From contig DAOSDC010000007.1 in assembly GCA_035361955.1 (NCBI GenBank), positions 12,682-76,681 of the forward strand: a stretch of DNA of 64,000 nt. The letters run 5' to 3'. Below, one piece after another: positions 45,749 to 53,224 of the stretch. The number at the start of each line of letters is the position of its first letter. Position 1 is the stretch's first letter. The translations under genes were made by a program, and so were the position numbers. This DNA is from Bacilli bacterium (GTDB lineage: Bacteria; Bacillota_I; Bacilli_A; RFN20; CAG-826). Under the pieces are notes generated by a model, which saw only the letters and a program-made list of their open reading frames with translations, did no database searches and was not told the origin of the DNA.

Positions 45749-48523
45749 CTACAAGCGTTTGACGAGCAAGACTTGGTAGGGGTCCATCATCACACTGGCC
45801 GATAATCGAGTGCCAACACTATAGCGACCACTGGAGTCAAACAATACTTCGACATGGTCAGAGCTACCGCCCCAGCCAATCTGAGAGGTGACCGTCCCGC
45901 TTTGCACCGATTCCCGGGCATTGGCGAAAACGTATAAAATATCGCTGGCGTTTTGATACCAGGCAGCAATTGTTGAAAACGACGTCGGTAAATCGAAGAA
46001 TCCCATATGTTTGTCAGGATACCCTTCATATTGACGCCCGACTAAATCGCGGGAAGTAATATTAAAGTTACTATATTGTTTTCTCAAGCTAATCATGTCC
46101 GCATAACGGTCATTGTATTCTTTATAATCAACTTTATTTTCCCATTTATAGGAGTTGACGCTATCGGGTGAGCGGTAGGAATTATGGCTGATTTTCGTGC
46201 CATCGCTGGCCGTGTAGTAAGTTTCCGGTAAATCGTCTTCAGCGGCGATTTTCGTACGCATGATTTCTTCGCCCCCATTGATGAAAGGAATACCAATGCC
46301 AAATGTTATCAAGGCGTTAACAGCCACCGAGGCTTTCGGAGCATCTCCGTTATCGACAGTGTAGAGCAATTGATCATAAAGTGTTAAGTTATCATGACAT
46401 GAGGCGTAATTGACTGTTTTTGCGGGATCCCATTGCATATATTCGTAGTAGTTTCCAGCCATGCCGGCCATCATGCCCTTGACCTTGTTGAGGTAGAGAT
46501 TTGCATTGTTTCCGGAGTTATCGTTTTCGCCTTTTTGCATCCAACCCCAGCGGTTATTCCAATTATTTTCACCGCGGATGCCATTGCGACCTTGGTCGTT
46601 AAAACCACCGATACCATTGAGTTCACCATAAACGCGGCCAGAATTACCACCCACAGCGCTCCATGGTTCGCCATAAATGACGATATCTGAATCAATCGCG
46701 TTCATTGCCGTGCGTGAATTGTTCAGCGTCGTCGTGTCGATGAGATCCATCAAATCGAAACGGAAGCCTTTAATGTTATATTCTGATGCCCAAAATTCCA
46801 TCGATTCGACAATGAACTTGGACATCATTTTGCGTTCGCTTTTAACGACGTTACCAACACCAGCGTCATCGTTATAAGTTCCGTTGGGATTTAACCTAAA
46901 ATAATACCCCGGCACGATTAAATCGAAATTTGATCCAGTTGCCGAGGAAACGTGATTATATACGACATCCATGATGATACGAATGTCGGCTTCCGCAAAT
47001 GCCTTGACGGCTTCTTTAAACTCCTTGACACGAGCGAGTCCATCAAACGGGTTCGACGAATATTGACCTTCTAGCACATTGTAATTAAGCGGGTTATAAC
47101 CCCAATTGTATGTATCGGCAAGTTCATTGTTGGCTTGATCATAAAATGGCATGATTTGAATGGCGTTGATACCTAGTTCTTTAAGATGGTCAAACCCAGT
47201 ACTGACTGTGACTTCACCTTTAGTGTATGTTGTACCAGATTCCACCATGCCCAAGTATTTGCCGCGATTGGCTTCGGTTCCATTCCATGATTCATCAATT
47301 GTGAGGTCGCGTACATGCATTTCATAAATGATTAAATCATTGGCCGATTGAATATCGGTGAAAGTAACATCGTCCCAACCTTCAGGATTGGTTTTTGAAA
47401 AATCGACGATTTGACCCCTCATGCCGTTGACACCGGCAGATTTTGCGTATGGATCGACCACCTCATTGGTGCCTTCAGAGTTGGTGACCATGTAGGTGTA
47501 ATATTTACCGTGTAAGTCACCAGTGACCGACACTGAAAATACGCCACCTGCTTGCCGTACCATGTTGTAACGGCCAACCATTACATCGGTCAGTGTTGAG
47601 CCCGATATTGATCCAGGTGTGCCAAGTAAATATACGCGTAATTCAACTTTACTAGTAGAGGGCGCCCATAGTTTAAAGGTTGACGCAGTCGGCGTATAAG
47701 TAACGCCAAGGTCTTTGCCATTATATGTGTAATCGGTGAGGAATTTTGTTGTTTCAAATAAATTAGTGGCCGAAACACCGCGGAATTTATATTTTTCCTC
47801 ATCGGCTTTAAACCGCACTTTAACTTGATAAAGCACGCTTAAATCGGCATCGGTATCGAGTGTAATCTGTTGACCGCTACTACCGGCGTTACCAGATTTA
47901 ATTGGTAGATCATTGGCCAATAATTCATATGAATGGAAAGCTGCGGTTGTTTCGAATTGAACCTTTTTCCAATCGGTAAAGTATGCTTTTAAGACACGGT
48001 CGCCTAATGCATCCTCTTTCCGAACGAACACTTCTCGTTCCAAATGAATGAGATAAACATGCAACTCGCCATCATTAGTAATCTCGTCTTTGAACATGTC
48101 ATAACGGATAGAATTGTTGGTTGATTGACCAACCCATGTCGCGGTTTTCCTGCTGATGTAATTAAGTTTGCTGCGCGTGGTCCAAGTGGAAGCCGGATAG
48201 CGTGCGACAGCACCATAATCATCATTTGGTTCATTGAATAAGAAGAGAGCGCCATCGCCACCATCTTCCCAAAGCCACAGCGACCAATCTGCTAGCACAA
48301 GACCATCGCCTCGGAAGTGAATCACAAGTGTTTCGAAGTCAACGTCAGTTGGAGTGGTCTCTTGACTGGATGTTTCACCACTTGTAAGTGAAGTTTGAGA
48401 ACCACTGGAGGAACCTGCACCTTGTGAACTAGTAATCGGTCCGCTGGAACCACAAGCGGTCAGTGGGAAGAAAATCATTAATAAAAAAATGTAAAGTGAA
48501 TGCCATTTTCTTTTATAATTCAT
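45749..48523 (-). CDS. pulA: Type I pullulanase lipoprotein, copy 2 (tandem paralogue)
   Basis: Lipobox FPLTACGSS. YNWGYNPLNYN, MDVVYNHV, KGFRFDLMD, YGEPW and YASCHDN. It shares long identical runs with copy 1 (VTGDLHGKYYT, GTNEVVDPYAKSAG). Confidence 0.9.
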   Translation of the reverse strand: MNYKRKWHSLYIFLLMIFFPLTACGSSGPITSSQGAGSSSGSQTSLTSGETSSQETTPTDVDFETLVIHFRGDGLVLADWSLWLWEDGGDGALFLFNEPNDDYGAVARYPASTWTTRSKLNYISRKTATWVGQSTNNSIRYDMFKDEITNDGELHVYLIHLEREVFVRKEDALGDRVLKAYFTDWKKVQFETTAAFHSYELLANDLPIKSGNAGSSGQQITLDTDADLSVLYQVKVRFKADEEKYKFRGVSATNLFETTKFLTDYTYNGKDLGVTYTPTASTFKLWAPSTSKVELRVYLLGTPGSISGSTLTDVMVGRYNMVRQAGGVFSVSVTGDLHGKYYTYMVTNSEGTNEVVDPYAKSAGVNGMRGQIVDFSKTNPEGWDDVTFTDIQSANDLIIYEMHVRDLTIDESWNGTEANRGKYLGMVESGTTYTKGEVTVSTGFDHLKELGINAIQIMPFYDQANNELADTYNWGYNPLNYNVLEGQYSSNPFDGLARVKEFKEAVKAFAEADIRIIMDVVYNHVSSATGSNFDLIVPGYYFRLNPNGTYNDDAGVGNVVKSERKMMSKFIVESMEFWASEYNIKGFRFDLMDLIDTTTLNNSRTAMNAIDSDIVIYGEPWSAVGGNSGRVYGELNGIGGFNDQGRNGIRGENNWNNRWGWMQKGENDNSGNNANLYLNKVKGMMAGMAGNYYEYMQWDPAKTVNYASCHDNLTLYDQLLYTVDNGDAPKASVAVNALITFGIGIPFINGGEEIMRTKIAAEDDLPETYYTASDGTKISHNSYRSPDSVNSYKWENKVDYKEYNDRYADMISLRKQYSNFNITSRDLVGRQYEGYPDKHMGFFDLPTSFSTIAAWYQNASDILYVFANARESVQSGTVTSQIGWGGSSDHVEVLFDSSGRYSVGTRLSASVMMDPYQVLLVKRL

Positions 48524-48612
48524 GCGTTAGTCTCCATATGTTAAATATTATATCAATAATGTTTTTGTATTTATAAATAATTGGTTAAGCAGTCTATGAC
48601 ATTTTTATCACA

Positions 48613-48641
48613 TTGACGCTGATTGGTGAAACCGCTAACAT
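48613..48641 (+). promoter_or_regulatory. Candidate promoter of the 48674 gene with an embedded consensus cre (CcpA) site at 48627-48640
   Basis: TTGACG - 17 nt - TAACAT. TGAAACCGCTAACA matches TGWAANCGNTNWCA at every specified position. It spans the spacer and the -10 element. Confidence 0.55.
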
Positions 48642-48673
48642 TTAGATAGATATAGAACAAGGAGCTCGTTCTT

Positions 48674-49573
48674 ATGAAACTAAGCAAATATATTTTTGTT
48701 AGTAGCGCTTTATTGATAGGCATTGGTTTATCAATCAATCCTTCGACAGTTGAGACAAATGCCGTAATCACGTCGAGTGATATTCGAATTTCGGTTGTGC
48801 GACCAAGTTGGTGGGAAAATGACGGCGCACACCAGGTGCTACGAATAGCAGCTACATCTGATGATTTGACGAATGATGTGGGCGCAAATATTACGTATGT
48901 TGGAATCGAGTCTTACACCGCCGACACATATTATGCTTCTGGCGGCGGTTTCACAGAGTATACTACGGCAGGAGTCATTTTTTACGATGTTCCATTAGCG
49001 ACTATCAGTGGAAAATATGTTGATCTAGCCCGTTCATCTACTAATGATCCTTTAACAGCCTCGGTTTGGAATAACACTGCTCCCGAGGCATTCAATACAA
49101 ATTTACTCCATAAGATTTGGCGTATTTGGAATGATGGAAATGGCATCTACCGTCCCGAAGGAGAATCCGCCGAATCGAGAAATGTATCAAACGCCGTAAT
49201 CAATTCGCTTTTATATGGATATCTCAGTTGCTCTGATAGCACGACCCATGGTTACGGAGCCTTTAATGCGCTTGATACCAATTTCAATCTTTCTGGAAGA
49301 ACATATGGCGAAACTGACACTGTATTAGATTTTGTTGATGAAGATGATTATGCCACTGGGCGTGGTGATGGCGTGACAGTCCTCACTTCGGCCAAAGTAG
49401 CGATGATGGAAGCACTTTATGATGCGGCTTATCCTGGATCGGGGCTTCCTCCAATGCCATCTGAAAATAATGATGCCGGCGCCAATGTTGGTGCAGTCAT
49501 CTCATTACTTTCATTAGCATCATTATTATCACTTGGATATTTGATTCTTGTTAAAAAAATGAAAAGAAGCTAA
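48674..49573 (+). CDS. Secreted, C-terminally anchored hypothetical protein (paralogue of the 52335..53042 product)
   Basis: AAGGAG SD. Signal/anchor MKLSKYIFVSSALLIGIGLSI. C-terminal TM plus basic tail VGAVISLLSLASLLSLGYLILVKKMKRS. No catalytic motif recognised. Confidence 0.6.
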   Translation: MKLSKYIFVSSALLIGIGLSINPSTVETNAVITSSDIRISVVRPSWWENDGAHQVLRIAATSDDLTNDVGANITYVGIESYTADTYYASGGGFTEYTTAGVIFYDVPLATISGKYVDLARSSTNDPLTASVWNNTAPEAFNTNLLHKIWRIWNDGNGIYRPEGESAESRNVSNAVINSLLYGYLSCSDSTTHGYGAFNALDTNFNLSGRTYGETDTVLDFVDEDDYATGRGDGVTVLTSAKVAMMEALYDAAYPGSGLPPMPSENNDAGANVGAVISLLSLASLLSLGYLILVKKMKRS

Positions 49574-49592
49574 TCGGTTTATTTGAAACGAC

Positions 49593-49624
49593 AAAAAGAC
49601 TCGACACACCAAGCCGAGTCTTTT
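49593..49624. terminator. Bidirectional terminator between convergent genes
   Basis: AAAAGACTCG-acacaccaagc-CGAGTCTTTT. Confidence 0.75.
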
Positions 49625-49633
49625 AATTTGAAT

Positions 49634-50776
49634 TCAAGATCTTAGTCGATTGAAATATTCTCCAACAATCGTGAATAGCGTCGGTAGCTTCTTATCAGCC
49701 ATCTCGAATATGTATATTTGTCGATGGTGATAAATTTGCACATTCTTACCGATGTCTGAAGGTAGGTATTCAACTGTTTTCGTAGCAAATGTGTAAACCA
49801 CTTCCTCACCATTATTGGTGCCCGTATAAATATAGTTATCTCGGTTCAAAGAAAGCGTTCCTTGGCCAACATGTTCAAGGCTGGTTTCTTTTTGTCTTAC
49901 AAGATTAACTGGTGCAATCAACTCATAATGCGGGTTATTCTCGATTGATGATTCGATAAATTTCCGTTGTCTTTCGAAATGTTCATAGACACTATTATTT
50001 TCAAGAAATCCATACTCATCATATTTAAGAGTGTTATCACACTTAGAACAGATAATTTGCGAGCCGCTTACTTGAAGCGAATGTTCATGACATTTGGGGC
50101 ACATGAATAGCAGGCTATCCAGATTATCAAGTGGTTGAACTTTATATTTGTGTCTGTGAATGCGGTTATATTCCCCAGTGTTAAAACTGAGCGCTTCATT
50201 CATTCGATTAAAAATCGTCGATTCATCCAGCTGTACAAGTTCCTCTTTGTCAAACAAAGGAAACAAGCGTGTAAACACCTTGCCTTTGAAAACATTATTA
50301 GACCAAGGCGGGGCCATTAAGTAGTTATTTTGGAATTGTAGTATGTAAACATTCACATTTGCCTTTTTAAGAAACTTAGCAATTGAAAAAGGCGGTTTCA
50401 AACTCGTGCCGTGATATGATATCTGACCTTCGGGGAAGATACTTAATATCCCACCTTGTTTGAGAATATTTAGTGCGGCGACTACTGCCCGTAGATCGCT
50501 TTCAAACGAAGCTTTTTGAATTGCGCGTGCCATTTTTAGAAATGGTCGGCGTTCTGGTTCGTAATACATTTTAGAGGCCGCCATAAATGTGACACGATGC
50601 GGGTATAGCGCGGCAACCGCGAACACATAATCTCTAAAAGAAGTATGGTTCGATAGTATAATGCACGGCTTCTTGATTTTGACTTTTTCGGTAATGCGAC
50701 CACCTTGAAGCCAAGCGGAAACCTTTAAGATTCCGGCAAGTGGCAGCCATAAAAATGGGTTTGGGCGTTTGATCAT
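49634..50776 (-). CDS. PlsC-family (lysophospholipid/glycerol-3-phosphate-type) acyltransferase with C-terminal zinc-ribbon-containing domain
   Basis: Acyltransferase motifs ILSNHTSFRDY (HX4D) and SIFPEGQ. CPKCHEH...CSKCDN four-Cys ribbon. It starts 3 nt after the stop of the upstream MFS gene. Confidence 0.8.
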   Translation of the reverse strand: MIKRPNPFLWLPLAGILKVSAWLQGGRITEKVKIKKPCIILSNHTSFRDYVFAVAALYPHRVTFMAASKMYYEPERRPFLKMARAIQKASFESDLRAVVAALNILKQGGILSIFPEGQISYHGTSLKPPFSIAKFLKKANVNVYILQFQNNYLMAPPWSNNVFKGKVFTRLFPLFDKEELVQLDESTIFNRMNEALSFNTGEYNRIHRHKYKVQPLDNLDSLLFMCPKCHEHSLQVSGSQIICSKCDNTLKYDEYGFLENNSVYEHFERQRKFIESSIENNPHYELIAPVNLVRQKETSLEHVGQGTLSLNRDNYIYTGTNNGEEVVYTFATKTVEYLPSDIGKNVQIYHHRQIYIFEMADKKLPTLFTIVGEYFNRLRS

Positions 50777-50779
50777 GAA

Positions 50780-52189
50780 CTATTCCGCTGGAGCAATGGC
50801 GAGCTCTGCGATTTGTTGCTTGATCTTTGCGTGTTCGCGCGCATCAATCTTGTAGCGGTACGAAATGAACGAACCAATACCTAGTAATAGGATTGGTGTA
50901 ATCATCAGTAGCAATCGAATGGCAAGAAGTGCGCTTTCGGGCTGTGAGGTGACAGGATCGGGGAGGCGGATATCGCGTTCTTGGAAATCGGCAAAGCCTA
51001 AAATGGCCATCGCTAATGATAGACCGATCGCCTGGGCGATTTGATTGGCGAAGTTCATGAAGCCAGCCATCGCTCCTTCAAGCCGTTTTCCAAATCTAAC
51101 TTGGCCATAATCGACGATATCGCCAAACATCGTATGGGGGACGAGGCCAGGCGCGGATATTCCAAAACCCATGACGATTGCTAATAAATAAATAACGATG
51201 GGATTAACATTCGCTGGTATGAAGAAAAGCACTAAAGCGGAGCCCATCCAAATAAACGCGCCAAACCTATATGTGAACGCTTTGCTCTTTTTTTGAATCA
51301 TCTTCAAATAAACGGGTAGGGCTACGATTTGTGTTAAGAATAATAATGCCGCGGCAATAAGACCAACCATATTTCCTTGGCCGGTTGCTGTCACATCTTT
51401 GACGATGAAGAAATCGATATAGAAGAAGAATAATCCGCTCATGACGGCCATCGATATTTGAAGCATCAAGAACATGACAAGATATTGTCTGAATGGTTTA
51501 AGTGTCAGTGGTTCAAAGAATGCTTGGGCCGATACTTTTCTTTTTATCGGCGGACTGGTGATTTCCTCTTTGGCGAATAGACCGCTGACAAGGATGCTTA
51601 ATCCAAAGAATAGACCAAACGAAATAGACATGACTTGATAGCCAATTCGTTGGGCTTCCAAAGTAGTGCCAAAGCTATTGACAATGATTCCAGGGACTGC
51701 TACGCAGATGATTGAAGCGAAAATGCTGAATCCAAGCCGATATGAATTGAATGAAGCACGATCTTGATAGTCACTGGATATCTCACTAGATAGCGAATAA
51801 TAAGGAATCATGATTGATGATTGGATGGCGACGAATACCAAATAGGACACTAATACAGAAATTATTCTCAATGTCATGTCTGGAAAGCTGAAAGGATAGA
51901 AAAGTAGGAACATGCCAACGACTATTAAAGGAGAACAAACAATCAAGAAAATTCTTCGTTTACCAAAGCGCGATTTAGTCGCATCGCTAATCCATCCGAT
52001 GATGGGATCAATGACTGCATCAAATACGCGGGCGGTCATCATGATGAAACTAGCCCAGAAAGGATCGATTCCTACAACAAGAGCAAGGAATCCTGGATAT
52101 AGGAAGTTAATAATGTTGAAAGAGCCGCCACCGAATAAGTCGGCAGATGCGAAGGAGAGCCTTCTAAATAGTTTTTTGGATTCCATCAT
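50780..52189 (-). CDS. MFS transporter of the GPH / MFS_2 family
   Basis: 12 TM helices. GPH hallmark RVFDAVIDPIIGWISDATKSRFGKRRIF. Confidence 0.8.
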   Translation of the reverse strand: MMESKKLFRRLSFASADLFGGGSFNIINFLYPGFLALVVGIDPFWASFIMMTARVFDAVIDPIIGWISDATKSRFGKRRIFLIVCSPLIVVGMFLLFYPFSFPDMTLRIISVLVSYLVFVAIQSSIMIPYYSLSSEISSDYQDRASFNSYRLGFSIFASIICVAVPGIIVNSFGTTLEAQRIGYQVMSISFGLFFGLSILVSGLFAKEEITSPPIKRKVSAQAFFEPLTLKPFRQYLVMFLMLQISMAVMSGLFFFYIDFFIVKDVTATGQGNMVGLIAAALLFLTQIVALPVYLKMIQKKSKAFTYRFGAFIWMGSALVLFFIPANVNPIVIYLLAIVMGFGISAPGLVPHTMFGDIVDYGQVRFGKRLEGAMAGFMNFANQIAQAIGLSLAMAILGFADFQERDIRLPDPVTSQPESALLAIRLLLMITPILLLGIGSFISYRYKIDAREHAKIKQQIAELAIAPAE

Positions 52190-52281
52190 ATTTATTCTTT
52201 CTTTCTACATGTTTAAATGATTTTATCATTTTCATTCAATAAATAGATAAATTTTTTCTATATCTAATTTGATTTTTCCAT

Positions 52282-52307
52282 ATAAAAACCCAGACTTAGT
52301 CTGGGTT
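52282..52307 (-). terminator. Rho-independent terminator of the 52335..53042 gene
   Basis: Minus strand: AACCCAGAC-uaa-GUCUGGGUU followed by U5. Confidence 0.72.
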
Positions 52308-52334
52308 ACAAAAATTTAAAAGCTTTTTTAAGGA

Positions 52335-53042
52335 TTAGAAAATTGGTGTTCTTGAATATTTTGCAACAATATAATCGTGAAGTGCAGTTGCATTAACAAT
52401 TTGAGATTCAGAGCCACTTGATAAATAGGTTTTTGAACCAGCTTCAAGTGCATTATACGCACTTATCTGACCATTCCAAAGTTCGTTTGTTACATTATTT
52501 GAAGCACCGGTTGGGTCACATACACCGCCAATTGTTGTAGAGAAGGAAGATGCGAAATTTATTGATTCGGTTGCGTAAAGGTTAGTCCAGTTCGTATTAT
52601 CAGAACCACTCCAATCGCTTCCAGGAATAGTAAAGTATTGTTTAACACCATCATATTCCAAATTAGCAGTTTGATTCCAATCCCAGTCCCATGAGTTTAC
52701 ACCATTGGATGCAGGATCCATTCTCACAAAGATAATGCGATTAGACCATGACCATTCAGGATATGTCATTGTATATAAATCAGTTTTTCCAGAAACCGCT
52801 GATAGAGATACCCATCCTCTTTCTCCGACACCATCCTCATATAAACATGCGGCAAAGCGAGCGCTATCTTGCTTCCAATTTGAGTTTGGCGTGAAATAGA
52901 AAATTTGCCCTGGTTGAATCCATTGTGCTTCTGCGGTTGTGTTTATTGCAGATTTTTGATTGACGCCAATGCTGACAGCCAATCCTCCTACCATTGCAAT
53001 TGAGGTGAAGAGCATAGTTATTTTTTTAAAATTAAACAACAT
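52335..53042 (-). CDS. Secreted hypothetical protein: CBM-like beta-sandwich module plus Cys-containing helical module
   Basis: ATG 53042 has a GGAGG SD 8 nt upstream; the track's TTG at 53129 adds 29 residues. Signal/anchor MLFNFKKITMLFTSIAMVGGLAVSIGV. Pattern IFYFTPNSNW...ARFAACLY...RIIFVRMDP...WNQTANL. Confidence 0.6.
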   Translation of the reverse strand: MLFNFKKITMLFTSIAMVGGLAVSIGVNQKSAINTTAEAQWIQPGQIFYFTPNSNWKQDSARFAACLYEDGVGERGWVSLSAVSGKTDLYTMTYPEWSWSNRIIFVRMDPASNGVNSWDWDWNQTANLEYDGVKQYFTIPGSDWSGSDNTNWTNLYATESINFASSFSTTIGGVCDPTGASNNVTNELWNGQISAYNALEAGSKTYLSSGSESQIVNATALHDYIVAKYSRTPIF

Positions 53043-53224
53043 ATTTGTGTTCCTCCAAAATAAGCAAAAAAGCGCTTTCTTGTTGCCATTAATATAAATT
53101 AAAAAAATATATTTGGCAATTAAAAACAATTCATTAATTTTTTAATAAAGATATAACAAATTATATTAGTGAATTGGAAAGTTAATAATCAAGTTTAATT
53201 CTTTTAATAATTAATGTGAATTTT

